Source: Candidatus Latescibacterota bacterium (GTDB lineage Bacteria > Latescibacterota > UBA2968). Taken from it: 64,000 nucleotides of DNA. The stretch lies in the NCBI GenBank assembly GCA_965204375.1, contig OZ241986.1:5696001-5760000 (forward strand). The letters run 5' to 3'. This document shows, piece after piece, positions 26,024 to 35,422 of this stretch (positions are counted from its first letter, which is position 1; each line of letters opens with the position of its first letter). Below the pieces are notes generated by a model. That model searched no databases. It had not been told where the DNA came from and was given only the letters and a program-made list of their open reading frames with translations. Made by a program: the position numbers and the translations under genes.

Positions 26024-26535
26024 TTATTTTGTCCCATATAAAGCAGACGCCGTTTCTGATATCTTCTGGTATTGTTCAACAAGCGCGCGATTTCGTCATC
26101 TGATAATGTGCGACGCGGTTTGGCGGGCACACCGGCGACGAGTGTGCGCGGCTCGACCTCTGCCCCTTCCAATATCAGCGCGTGGGCAGCCACCAGCGCG
26201 GATTCACCCACTGCTGAGCCAGTCAATACGGTTGCCCCCATCCCGATGGTTACGTCCTGTTCTATTCGACAACCATGCAAGATCGCATTGTGTCCCACGG
26301 TTACATTTTTGCCGACATTACAGGGGTAGCCCGGGTCGGTATGCACGACAGTGCCGTCCTGGATATTCGAGCCTTCACCGATTACAATGGGTTCAACATC
26401 GCCCCGAATCACAGCATTGAACCAGATACTCGCGCGAGCACTGATTACCACATCGCCAATCACTACGGTACCGGGTGCGATATAAGCCGACGGGTCGATG
26501 TGAGGCGTTTTGTCCTTATAGGGCAAAATTGTCAT
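26020..26535 (-). CDS. Gamma-carbonic anhydrase family hexapeptide-repeat protein
   Basis: 'IWFNAVIRGD...NIQDGTVVH...VGHNAILHGC...GVPAK'. Start MTILPY follows GGAG. Confidence 0.92.
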   Translation of the reverse strand: MTILPYKDKTPHIDPSAYIAPGTVVIGDVVISARASIWFNAVIRGDVEPIVIGEGSNIQDGTVVHTDPGYPCNVGKNVTVGHNAILHGCRIEQDVTIGMGATVLTGSAVGESALVAAHALILEGAEVEPRTLVAGVPAKPRRTLSDDEIARLLNNTRRYQKRRLLYMGQNK

Positions 26536-26539
26536 TGGG

Positions 26540-27502
26540 TTATCTCCGCTTGTCACCCTCAACAGGTCCCAGTGTGAAGGTCTTGCCACTTTGCGTGGCT
26601 CTGGCACCTGTTACCAGTCCGCTTACAAAACCAAAGATGCCAAAAATTGCGGCGGCCCAGATTGTCGTCTCTTTGACATCGGCATTGGTCTGCCAGGCGG
26701 CAAGTGCCCCGGTCAATGCGCCCATTGCGGCGCCTCCAATTCCCTGTACAATTGCCCTTTCCATCGCCACGGAGCCGCGTTCTCCAAAGAATTGCACTTT
26801 GTGAATTTCATCTACAGCGACTTTGTGAACGCTCAATTCCGTCTCGATCAAAATGTTATCATCTTCATAGGCGGGCAAAAATTCGCCTTTGATTTGTTTC
26901 TTATCCTTCAGGGTGACCATTCCGGGAAAGCGCGTTTGCACCTGAAAGCGCACTCTGCGTTCTTCAAAAGAAATGGCATCCTCGGTATATTGCGGATAGG
27001 TCTCGTCTATTTTGGAGGAGTCTGCAATTGTGTATTCGCCTTTTACGATTTCATCGAAATGTTCGATGTATTCTCTCAAGCGGCGCAGATTATTTTCACT
27101 TTGCACATTCACCAGCCGCGTTTCAATGCGGGGACCCGACCGGTATTGAATTTTAATGGCGAGTTTGCCATTGTCTCGTTTCATAAACTCGGCAAATTGA
27201 AATCCCGCTACGCCCAGATGCAAGATTGGAAGATTTATTTTTTGAGTATAAATGGTCGCTCCCTGAAATAAACCGTAGCGATTGCTTTCTTCCAGATCGA
27301 TTTGAGGACCCACCCGGGAGCTTAACACAATGCGCGTGCCCGATACATGTCCCACATCGACAATCTCCCATCCATCATTTCCCAATTCGTAAATCCCGCG
27401 TTCGTATTGTGTTTCCTTTTCGCTTTCGGCTGCCGGAATAGGGCAAATCGAAAAAAGTAAAAAGCTCATCGCAGTAATCAATGAAATCGATTTTTTTATC
27501 AT
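26540..27502 (-). CDS. Secreted/membrane hypothetical protein with C-terminal glycine-zipper TMs
   Basis: Start MIKKS follows GAGGAG; signal peptide; 'GGAAMGALTGALAA'. Confidence 0.65.
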   Translation of the reverse strand: MIKKSISLITAMSFLLFSICPIPAAESEKETQYERGIYELGNDGWEIVDVGHVSGTRIVLSSRVGPQIDLEESNRYGLFQGATIYTQKINLPILHLGVAGFQFAEFMKRDNGKLAIKIQYRSGPRIETRLVNVQSENNLRRLREYIEHFDEIVKGEYTIADSSKIDETYPQYTEDAISFEERRVRFQVQTRFPGMVTLKDKKQIKGEFLPAYEDDNILIETELSVHKVAVDEIHKVQFFGERGSVAMERAIVQGIGGAAMGALTGALAAWQTNADVKETTIWAAAIFGIFGFVSGLVTGARATQSGKTFTLGPVEGDKRR

Positions 27503-27512
27503 GAAATTCTCC

Positions 27513-28133
27513 TCACTCACCACAGATTGATTCGGAAATGCCATCTAAAATATACGGGCGGTACTTATGAAATTGCAGGCGTGGGTGAAACCAGGTGCCC
27601 TCGGGGTCTGCTGTGCCGGGAATGGAAACCATGCCGGTCAGGTCGATTCTGGACAATGTCGCTTCTCCCAAGAACCATTCCGCAATTTGTCTGGCCGTGC
27701 GATTTGGCCGTCCATTTTCGATGGGAATTTCCCTATCCATAGGAAAAAATAGCGCGCCATCTCCCAATACGGATACATCGTTTTGATATGCCTGTGCGGC
27801 TTCGGTTATTTGGCCGGGTTCCGATATGACAACACCTGTTACACAAGCAATATCCTCTTTGGATACCACATCGCTAAATAGTGTGCGAATGCGATTTTGT
27901 AGCCCGCCGTAACTATCTAAAAGATGTGATGACCGGGGGTTCACGCCAGCTTGAAGAAGGCCCAACGTATTGTAGCGCAAACACTCAGAGACAAAATCGT
28001 CTTCATTGTCAAATAGTCCCACGCCGATCAGATTTTCGCCATCCAGTACATTGAGTTGCGTGAGTCCCAAATCTGACTTGTGCTGAAGCAAATCGTAAAA
28101 ACGCCGTACATCCCGCTCGTTAAAACGCTTCAT
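27513..28133 (-). CDS. Hypothetical protein with remote RepB-primase/AEP-like motifs
   Basis: ATGA-coupled to the argH stop. Contains 'LQAGVNPR' and 'DLTGMVSIPGT'. Confidence 0.55.
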   Translation of the reverse strand: MKRFNERDVRRFYDLLQHKSDLGLTQLNVLDGENLIGVGLFDNEDDFVSECLRYNTLGLLQAGVNPRSSHLLDSYGGLQNRIRTLFSDVVSKEDIACVTGVVISEPGQITEAAQAYQNDVSVLGDGALFFPMDREIPIENGRPNRTARQIAEWFLGEATLSRIDLTGMVSIPGTADPEGTWFHPRLQFHKYRPYILDGISESICGE

Positions 28134-29527
28134 CCAGATGCCTCTCCATCGGTCAGCAAACGCCGTCCTGCTTCGATCTGCCTCAAAACAGAGTCGCGTC
28201 CTGTTCCGCCATCCAGATTGCGCTGTGCTGTACTGGCTTCTGCCGACAATATCGCTTGCACATCGGTGTCGAATACCCCAGATGCTGCGCGCAATGTCGG
28301 CAGGTCCAATTCTTCCAGTTTTTGTCCGCGCGCCAGAGCGGTTTTCACCAGTTCTCCAACGATGCGGTGACACCGGCGAAAAGGTACGCCCTTTCGCACC
28401 AGATAATCGGCCAGATCGGTGGCTAAAATGGTGCCGTCTATGGCATCGGCCATCCGCTCGCCTTTAATTTTCATGGTCTGCCATACACCCGCAAAGACCG
28501 ATAGGGACATCTGCACGGTTTCTGCGGTGTCAAAGACGGGTTCTTTGTCTTCTTGCATGTCTTTGGCATAAGCCAGCGACACGCCCTTCATCACGGTGAG
28601 CAGAGACATCAGGTTGCCGTACACGCGTCCTGTTTTGCCGCGTACCAGTTCCAGTGAATCGGGGTTCTTCTTTTGCGGCATCATGCTCGATCCGGTGCTG
28701 AAGGCGTCGTCCAGTTCGACAAATCCAAATTCGGAAGACGACCAGATGATCAGATCTTCGCAGAATCGGCTCAAGTGTGCCATCAAGATAGATGATGCCG
28801 ATAAATACTCGAGGAAATAATCGCGGTCACTGACTGCATCGATGCTGTTTTCAGTGATGCGATCAAAACCCAGTTCCTCGCGCAAAAATTCTCGGTCAAT
28901 CGGATACGCACTTCCCGCCAGTGCGCCCGATCCGAGGGGCATGGCATTTGCGCGTTTCCAACAGTCTTCAAAGCGCGAGCGGTCGCGCGCCAGCATCCAG
29001 AACAGGGCCATGGCATAATGTGAAAATCGGATCGGTTGTGCCTGTTGGACGTGTGTATATCCCGGCATCAGGATATCGAGGTGTGCTTCGGCAACGTCCA
29101 ATACCACGCCCATTAACCGCTCGATTTGCGCGAGGGTGTTGGCGATTGTTTCGCGCAAGAACAGACGTTCGTCCAGGGCGACTTGGTCGTTGCGGCTGCG
29201 TCCCGTGTGAATTTTTGCGCCGGCATCGCCGACCAGTTCCGTCAAGCGCTTTTCCACTGCGGTGTGTATGTCTTCCAGTTCATCCGTCAATGGCAAGGTG
29301 CCTGCGTCGAGTTCACGCTCCACACGATTTAGACCTTTGAGGACCTGTTCCAGTTCCTGTTTTGTCAATATACCCATTCGGGCCAATGCGCGAGCTTGCG
29401 CTCGGCTGCCTTCAATATCCATTTTGTACAGGCGCCGATCAAAACCAATGGATGCATTGAATTTTTCCATTAGTTCTTCAGTCGATCCCACAAATCGCCC
29501 TCCCCAGAGCTTTTCAGCCATGGCCAT
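28130..29527 (-). CDS. argH: Argininosuccinate lyase
   Basis: 'LWGGRF', 'HTGRSRNDQV', 'STGSSMMPQKKNPD'. Confidence 0.98.
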   Translation of the reverse strand: MAMAEKLWGGRFVGSTEELMEKFNASIGFDRRLYKMDIEGSRAQARALARMGILTKQELEQVLKGLNRVERELDAGTLPLTDELEDIHTAVEKRLTELVGDAGAKIHTGRSRNDQVALDERLFLRETIANTLAQIERLMGVVLDVAEAHLDILMPGYTHVQQAQPIRFSHYAMALFWMLARDRSRFEDCWKRANAMPLGSGALAGSAYPIDREFLREELGFDRITENSIDAVSDRDYFLEYLSASSILMAHLSRFCEDLIIWSSSEFGFVELDDAFSTGSSMMPQKKNPDSLELVRGKTGRVYGNLMSLLTVMKGVSLAYAKDMQEDKEPVFDTAETVQMSLSVFAGVWQTMKIKGERMADAIDGTILATDLADYLVRKGVPFRRCHRIVGELVKTALARGQKLEELDLPTLRAASGVFDTDVQAILSAEASTAQRNLDGGTGRDSVLRQIEAGRRLLTDGEASG

Positions 29528-29544
29528 TTCCTCTCAACAGAGCC

Positions 29545-29647
29545 GTCATCGCGGCATGGTTCCCTGTTTAAGGCATACAGGGACCTGCTTGAACCGCGGT
29601 CCAGAGTTTTTGCCTGTCATTGCGGCATGGTTTTAGCCGCAATCCAG
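29545..29647. repeat. Two tandem palindromic REP/RPE-like elements
   Basis: GTCATCGCGGCATGG...CCGCGGTCCAG and GTCATTGCGGCATGGTTTTAGCCGCAATCCAG. The first copy contains a nested hairpin. Confidence 0.65.
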
Positions 29648-29706
29648 TCTGCCAAATAAGAACAACAAGTATTAGCGAATTTTTTTAAGATCCATGACTA
29701 CTCCAC

Positions 29707-30933
29707 TCACTGAAATTTAGCGAGTACGGTTCCTAGTTCGCGGAGGGAATTGTTACGTCCTGGTTCCTCCATCAGGTCTTGTAGCAATCCGCTATCGAAA
29801 ATAGCACTGCCAATGCCGAAATCCTGAATCCAACCATCCAGTGCAACTCGGTCACCTCGGATATTTTCAAGGTTGATGACTTCTGTGCCCTGTCCGGGAA
29901 CGTTGCGTAAGAGTAAAACGCCGAGCGAATCCGATAAGTTCTCAGGGTTAAAGGCATCGAGGAGTTGAGAACTATGAGTTGTGATAATCACTTGGGAGCG
30001 TTCGGAAATTTGCTCAAGTACATTTGTAATGCCCGTCAAAGCACCAGGATGTAGATTCCGCTCCGGTTCTTCGATAGCAATAAGCGGCGGTAATTCAGGT
30101 TCGTTAAGCAAGATGTAATATGCAACGAGACGCAATGTGCCATCCGATGCTCTCTCTAAAGGTATCGGCTGCTTGTATCCTTCTAAAAGGCAGAGCTGGT
30201 TATCTGCGTCAATTTTGCACTGGTCCAGTCTAAGATTAGTAGAAGCAACGAGAGAGTCACTAACGCTTTGGAAACGATCTGGCGTATCCTCGTACCAGTC
30301 CGAGAGTAGTGCCGATAATATCGAACCATCATCATCGAGCTTTGGAGATTTGCCCAACTCTCCTGATAAAAGTAAAGATAATGGAAGCACCTTGAAATGC
30401 TCTCGTATGAGGTCTGGTCGAAAGTCGTAAAATTTCCAATCCCTAATAAACTCTGTCAAGGCTCTTGTTGTAGGCTTATCTCCATAATCGCCTGCGGACT
30501 TCAAAGCGAGTTTATTGGACTTATATGGCGTCTCGTTCTCTCCATCTTCATCCTTAACTTTGCCCTGTCCGTCCTGAACTGATATGACGTTTACATCGTT
30601 AACCAATAATTCTTCGGCAACAACTGGATTGTCAGTCTCCGCTTTCAACTTTAGTTCATACACAGTTTGGGTTTCTTTCACTTTTGTCTGTACTTGGAAA
30701 GTGATATGGCTCGCTTCACCTGCCCAAAGGAGATTTTGGATAAATTCAACTGGAGGCAGTTCTTCTTCTTTCGTCATCTCGTTGAGAAGGCGCAGGGCAT
30801 TCAAGATATTCGATTTTCCACTTGCATTTGGTCCGACGAGAATCGTTAAAGGCTTTAGCGGAAGCTCAACATCGCGCAAGCTAAGAAAGTTTTTGATATG
30901 AACGTTCTCTAAAAACACTTTCTCTTTTGACAT
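29707..30933 (-). CDS. ABC-type AAA ATPase (AAA_15/AAA_21, SMC/OLD-like accessory ATPase)
   Basis: Walker A GPNASGKS, signature ASDGTLR, Walker B 'IAIEEPERNLHP', 'TTHS'; AT-rich. Confidence 0.9.
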   Translation of the reverse strand: MSKEKVFLENVHIKNFLSLRDVELPLKPLTILVGPNASGKSNILNALRLLNEMTKEEELPPVEFIQNLLWAGEASHITFQVQTKVKETQTVYELKLKAETDNPVVAEELLVNDVNVISVQDGQGKVKDEDGENETPYKSNKLALKSAGDYGDKPTTRALTEFIRDWKFYDFRPDLIREHFKVLPLSLLLSGELGKSPKLDDDGSILSALLSDWYEDTPDRFQSVSDSLVASTNLRLDQCKIDADNQLCLLEGYKQPIPLERASDGTLRLVAYYILLNEPELPPLIAIEEPERNLHPGALTGITNVLEQISERSQVIITTHSSQLLDAFNPENLSDSLGVLLLRNVPGQGTEVINLENIRGDRVALDGWIQDFGIGSAIFDSGLLQDLMEEPGRNNSLRELGTVLAKFQ

Positions 30934-30942
30934 GGCTCTTTA

Positions 30943-31011
30943 CCTCTTCTCAGATGGGGATGGCCTCTATTCGTTCCACGCGCCAGTTGTCTGGCAATCA
31001 TGCGGGTTCAA
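30943..31011 (-). pseudogene. N-terminal remnant of a HEPN-like toxin gene
   Basis: A TTG start overlapping the upstream gene's end gives MNPHD, then a frameshift, then IARQLARGTNRGHPHLRR. This resembles 'MNPHDL..IARQLA...GRP...LRRAVS' HEPN N-termini. Confidence 0.5.
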
Positions 31012-31321
31012 AGTATCGGCCTTCCTGGACTGCTTCCCATTCAGACTTCTCGATGAATGACTTGCTCAGGAATAGAAAGTCGTCTATTCCCAGTTCCATC
31101 AGCTTTGGACGGATGCGCCTGGTCAGGCTAAGGGTCCATTCCGCATCCAGACGTTTCTGATCTCCATCGAATACAATAGTAATATTCAAATACTTGTCGC
31201 CATCGTGATCTATTTTAGGCTCTACTATGATCGGGTCGAATACGAATTCGTCCTTGAAGCGTTGGACCAATGTTTCCCTGACGATATTCGCAACTGTATT
31301 TGTCTGTATTTTGGTTGTCAT
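30998..31321 (-). CDS. Small hypothetical protein, probable antitoxin partner of the HEPN-like gene
   Basis: 'FVFDPIIVEPKIDHDGDKYLNITIVFDGDQKRLD...SFIEKSEW'; RBS GAGG. Confidence 0.6.
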   Translation of the reverse strand: MTTKIQTNTVANIVRETLVQRFKDEFVFDPIIVEPKIDHDGDKYLNITIVFDGDQKRLDAEWTLSLTRRIRPKLMELGIDDFLFLSKSFIEKSEWEAVQEGRYFEPA

Positions 31322-31333
31322 CGCTGTATTTCC

Positions 31334-32572
31334 TCACAAAGCACTTTGCCCCGCTGCGTGTTGGGCTTTTGCGCCGACGCCGAGGACGTTTAAGAAGCCT
31401 TCGGAATCGCGGTGGTCATAGTCGCCCACGTCTTCCATTGAGGCGGTTTCTTCGGAATAGAGAGAGTGGGGCACATTTTCCGATGACTGAAATAATACCG
31501 TGCCTTTGTACGCGGCGACTGTGATTGTGCCCGTCAACAATTTTGCCACGGGCGCGAGCGCGCCCTGCATCATTTGAGTGGATAAATCGCAGTAATATCC
31601 CTGGTAGATTTGTTCGGCGAGGGACGAAGAAATCGAATCGTAAAATCTTCGCGCGCGTCTGTCCAGAACTTGTTGGAGCAGGAACTCGTAACACGCGCCG
31701 AGCAGGCAAAGCCCCGGGCTTTCATATACGCCGCGCGATTTAATGCCGACAAAGCGGTTTTCTACGGTGTGAATTCCGATGCCCACGCCGTTTCGTCCGC
31801 CTATTTCATTGGCTTTCAGGATTGCGGTTACGGAATTGGTATCCGTGCCATTGATTTGTACCGGGAGGCCCGCGTCTATTCTGACGCTAAATGATTCGGG
31901 TTTATCCGGCGCCTGTGCGGGAAATACGCCCATGCCCGGTTCGATAAAATCGGCTGCGATATCGAGGTATTCGAGTTTGCCCGCTTCGTGTGTGAGGCCC
32001 AGAAAGTTGGCATCGGTAGAATAGGGTTTTTCGTAAGTGGCTGTGATCGGCAAGTTGTATGCATTGCAAAAATCGATCATTTCTTTGCGGCCTCCAAATA
32101 TGTCGAGAAATGCGGGATCGCGCCAGGGGGCATACACGGTTACGCTGGGCTTGAGCATGTTGGCGACGAGTTGAAAACGCACCTGATCGTTGCCGCGTCC
32201 GGTTGCACCGTGCGCGAGTACATCGATATCGCGACGGTCCATTTCTTCCAATAATCCCCGCGTGGTGACATATCGCGCGATGCCGGTTGTATTCCAATAT
32301 CCGCCTTCGTAACGCGCTTGTCCAATCAGCATCGCAATACCCGCTTCTGCCAGTTCGGTTTTTAGATCGACCAGTACGGCTTCACGCGCGCCACAGGCGA
32401 GCATGCGTTTGGATATATCATCGATATTTTCCTCATCGGGTTGTCCAATATCGGCGGTTAAACTCACGACATTTACGCCGCGGTCAGCCAGCCATTTTGT
32501 CACGGTGCAACTGTCCAATCCTCCCGAGGATGCAAGTGCTACTGTTTTTCCGCGCAGTTCATTAAGCGTCAT
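31334..32572 (-). CDS. argG: Argininosuccinate synthase
   Basis: 'SGGLDS', 'AHGATGRGNDQVRF', 'YSTDAN', 'VENRFVGIKSRGVYESPG'. Confidence 0.97.
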   Translation of the reverse strand: MTLNELRGKTVALASSGGLDSCTVTKWLADRGVNVVSLTADIGQPDEENIDDISKRMLACGAREAVLVDLKTELAEAGIAMLIGQARYEGGYWNTTGIARYVTTRGLLEEMDRRDIDVLAHGATGRGNDQVRFQLVANMLKPSVTVYAPWRDPAFLDIFGGRKEMIDFCNAYNLPITATYEKPYSTDANFLGLTHEAGKLEYLDIAADFIEPGMGVFPAQAPDKPESFSVRIDAGLPVQINGTDTNSVTAILKANEIGGRNGVGIGIHTVENRFVGIKSRGVYESPGLCLLGACYEFLLQQVLDRRARRFYDSISSSLAEQIYQGYYCDLSTQMMQGALAPVAKLLTGTITVAAYKGTVLFQSSENVPHSLYSEETASMEDVGDYDHRDSEGFLNVLGVGAKAQHAAGQSAL

Positions 32573-32585
32573 TGTTATTTCCTTT

Positions 32586-33440
32586 TCAGGTCTCGTCTAA
32601 AGAAAAACCCGCACTGGTCAACAGGTCTATCACATTTTCGCGTGCGCGTTGGATGCGAATATCGATTTCTTCAGCCGTAAAAGCGCCACCTGTGCCGTTT
32701 ACGCGCTCGACGACCACTGGACCATTAAAGCCCGCTTTGAATGCCGTGGCAAAGATGCGTTCAAAATCCACATCTCCTTCGCCGGGAATGGGGAAATTGT
32801 TTTCTGCTTTCGGGCCGATGTGATCTTTGGCTATTAATTTACAGGTTTGGTCTGCAATATGGGGAAAATCATCTTCGGGAGAGATTCCTTCGTAATAATG
32901 GACATTTCCCGGGTCGTAACACGCCTGCACCGAAGGTCGGTCAATTTCGGGCAATAACCGAGCGAGATGTTTTGCGGTCGCGGTATTGCCCGTATGCGGT
33001 TTGGGTGCGAGGATAATGTCTCGTTCCTGCGCATAGGTGCCTGCTTCTTTCAGGTCTGCGACATAGGCTTCGTGGGCAGCACGAAAGATTTCGGGCGCGA
33101 GCGGTTCATCGGGAAATCGCCGATACCCACCCACTCCGGCCATCTGAATTGTTTCGGCGCCAAGTGTCCGGCATACATCAATTCTGCGCATAAGATAATG
33201 CGCGTTATCTCTTGCCGGGGTGGATCCAAGTCCGATTACGACAGGGGTTAATCCCGCTTGTTCACACAGGGTCCTGGTTCGATGCACAAGGGGTCCATCG
33301 GGATCAAAACCGAGCGTATCTTCGCCTTCGTGCGACCAGCCCAGACCCACATAGGAATATCCCGCACGGGCAACGCCTTCAATTCCTCGCTCGAGAGAGT
33401 AGTTTGCATAGGGCAGTGTTAGACAGACGAGTTTGATCAA
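32586..33440 (-). CDS. Sugar phosphate isomerase/epimerase (AP endonuclease 2 TIM barrel)
   Basis: TTG start after GGAGG; 'YDPGNVHYY', 'AKDH', 'PGEGDVDF', 'PVVVE'. Confidence 0.85.
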   Translation of the reverse strand: MIKLVCLTLPYANYSLERGIEGVARAGYSYVGLGWSHEGEDTLGFDPDGPLVHRTRTLCEQAGLTPVVIGLGSTPARDNAHYLMRRIDVCRTLGAETIQMAGVGGYRRFPDEPLAPEIFRAAHEAYVADLKEAGTYAQERDIILAPKPHTGNTATAKHLARLLPEIDRPSVQACYDPGNVHYYEGISPEDDFPHIADQTCKLIAKDHIGPKAENNFPIPGEGDVDFERIFATAFKAGFNGPVVVERVNGTGGAFTAEEIDIRIQRARENVIDLLTSAGFSLDET

Positions 33441-33457
33441 AAGAGACCTCCACACTG

Positions 33458-34000
33458 TTAGTCGGTTTTTCGCGTTACAAATAGTGCGAGAAATCCGGGC
33501 AAAAAGGCAATGGTCCAGGAAAGCAACTTGTAGAGATAATGTGGCCCGCCGAGCGCGTGACGGGTCCAGATGCCCAAAATCAAGAAGGCGAGGCCGGAAA
33601 TCACGGCGGCCAGAATACCCCGGAGCAATGTGCGCTTCAGGTTTTCGGAGATGGTGCCCACCCACCAGTGGAGCAGGGCCGCGAGGATCCACAATTCCAT
33701 CCACGCGACGACGATTGCGTCAGAGCGAATGAACGGGCGCATGAGGTAATATCCACCGGCGGACAATATGCCAATTGCGAGGCCACCGAGTGCGCCTAAC
33801 AAGATCGTTTGTGTTGTTTTGCCGCCATATCCGAGAACAACGCCCAAACAGAGGCACAATAGTGCGCCGTGAATAATGCCGGCAAACATGCGGTGTTTGA
33901 TCCCGTGGTGCGCCCACAAAAAATCGCCCAGTGTGCTGAGTGCGGCGAGTATGAGCGCAGCGACGAGTGCGCGTAATATTCCGTTGTATTGAACAGTCAT
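33458..34000 (-). CDS. Integral membrane hypothetical protein
   Basis: About six hydrophobic segments; RBS GGAGG. Confidence 0.75.
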   Translation of the reverse strand: MTVQYNGILRALVAALILAALSTLGDFLWAHHGIKHRMFAGIIHGALLCLCLGVVLGYGGKTTQTILLGALGGLAIGILSAGGYYLMRPFIRSDAIVVAWMELWILAALLHWWVGTISENLKRTLLRGILAAVISGLAFLILGIWTRHALGGPHYLYKLLSWTIAFLPGFLALFVTRKTD

Positions 34001-34016
34001 GTGTTCCTCCAGAGAT

Positions 34017-35408
34017 TTATTCCCGGTACGCGGGATTGGGTGTGGGTATCACGGCGCCGGTATCCGTCAGGAATTGGTCTATGAGGTCATTCAATTCAGA
34101 TACGCGGTCGGGATATTCGTCCGCCAGATTATTTGTTTCGCCGATGTCTTCGGTCAGATTGTAAAGTTCTACGCGGTCGCTCTGGTCGTCGTTGTCGCAA
34201 TAGAACCGGATGAGTTTCCAATCGCCTTTGCGAACATAAGTCGATGGCAGGCCATCTGCTGCCGGCGTATAGTGCGGGAAGTGACAGAAAATGGTGTCCC
34301 GATCAAAGATTTCGCCGCGAAGTGCGGGTGCAAAACTGATGCCGTCAACCGATGCAGGTGCTTCGAGGCCGCAGAGTTCGGTCAGTGTGGGAAAGAAATC
34401 GATGCTTTGTACGATCGCCTGATCGTTGCGGCTGCCCGCTTCAATCTGACCGGGCCACGCGATAATCAGTGGTTCTCGGGTGCCGCCTTCGTAGGTATTT
34501 GCCTTTCCGCCTCTCAGAGGTGCGTTGCTCGTGATGGGTATATCGACATAATCGGGATGGACATTGTCTGTCGCGCTCCAGTGTACTCCGCCATTGTCGG
34601 AAAAGAAAATCACGATGGTATTGTCTAAAATTCCCTCTTCTTCAAGCGTTCCCATTAATTGTCCTACAGCGTCGTCCATTGTTTCAACCATGGCTGCGTA
34701 AACGGGATTGTGCTGGGGGTATTCGATATCGACTTTTTGCGCGTATTTTTCTATTACGTCCTGTTTGGCGTGCCAGGGAGAATGTACGGAAAATTGCCAG
34801 AATTGGAGATAAAAAGGTGTGTCTTTGTTTTGGCGAATAAATTCAATGGCTTCTTGTGCCATGCGATCTTCCAGGTGCTCGCCGGGTTCGCCTTTGTCGG
34901 GATAGACTTTCCACGGCGCAAACCACCCATCGGCCAATGGACTGGGGGCAGGTGTGTGCGGGATGTCGATGTCGAATCCGTGTTCAAACGGGCTATAAGG
35001 CTCCGCACCCAGGTGCCATTTCCCAATGTGTGTGGTTTTGTATCCGGCATCGCGAAATACCGAGGACAGGGTCTGGTATTCTGTGCTTAAGCGGGTGACA
35101 CTTTGCGCGATCAGAGCTTTGTTATGCGGTGGTCCTTTTTCGTTTAAAGAGGATTCGAGTACAATGCGGTCCAGATGGCATCCCGGTGTTGTAATGCCAA
35201 CGCGCGCGGGCCACAATCCCGTCATGATACTCGCGCGGGTAGGGGAACACAGCGGGTTGGCGGCGTACGCATTGGTAAACATCATGCCGCGCGCGGCAAG
35301 GGCGTCGATGTTTGGGGTTTTGCAAAATGCGCTGCCGTATAACGATGTATCGCGCCAGCCCAGGTCGTCTGCGAGAATGAATAATACATTTGGTTTGTTG
35401 TTAGGCAT
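34017..35408 (-). CDS. Formylglycine-dependent sulfatase
   Basis: 'PNVLFILADDLG', CSPTR motif, 'GKWHLG', 'SDNGG'. No signal peptide is evident. Confidence 0.95.
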   Translation of the reverse strand: MPNNKPNVLFILADDLGWRDTSLYGSAFCKTPNIDALAARGMMFTNAYAANPLCSPTRASIMTGLWPARVGITTPGCHLDRIVLESSLNEKGPPHNKALIAQSVTRLSTEYQTLSSVFRDAGYKTTHIGKWHLGAEPYSPFEHGFDIDIPHTPAPSPLADGWFAPWKVYPDKGEPGEHLEDRMAQEAIEFIRQNKDTPFYLQFWQFSVHSPWHAKQDVIEKYAQKVDIEYPQHNPVYAAMVETMDDAVGQLMGTLEEEGILDNTIVIFFSDNGGVHWSATDNVHPDYVDIPITSNAPLRGGKANTYEGGTREPLIIAWPGQIEAGSRNDQAIVQSIDFFPTLTELCGLEAPASVDGISFAPALRGEIFDRDTIFCHFPHYTPAADGLPSTYVRKGDWKLIRFYCDNDDQSDRVELYNLTEDIGETNNLADEYPDRVSELNDLIDQFLTDTGAVIPTPNPAYRE

Positions 35409-35422
35409 AAGATCCCTCTATT

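Noticed and set aside
28134-28373. N-terminal extension of ORF 27513..28373
   Set aside because: It lies within argH in another frame. The ATGA-coupled start at 28133 is more plausible.
33441-33704. Long N-terminal extension of the TIM-barrel ORF
   Set aside because: It overlaps the 33458..34000 membrane gene. GGAGG plus TTG at 33440 is the better start.
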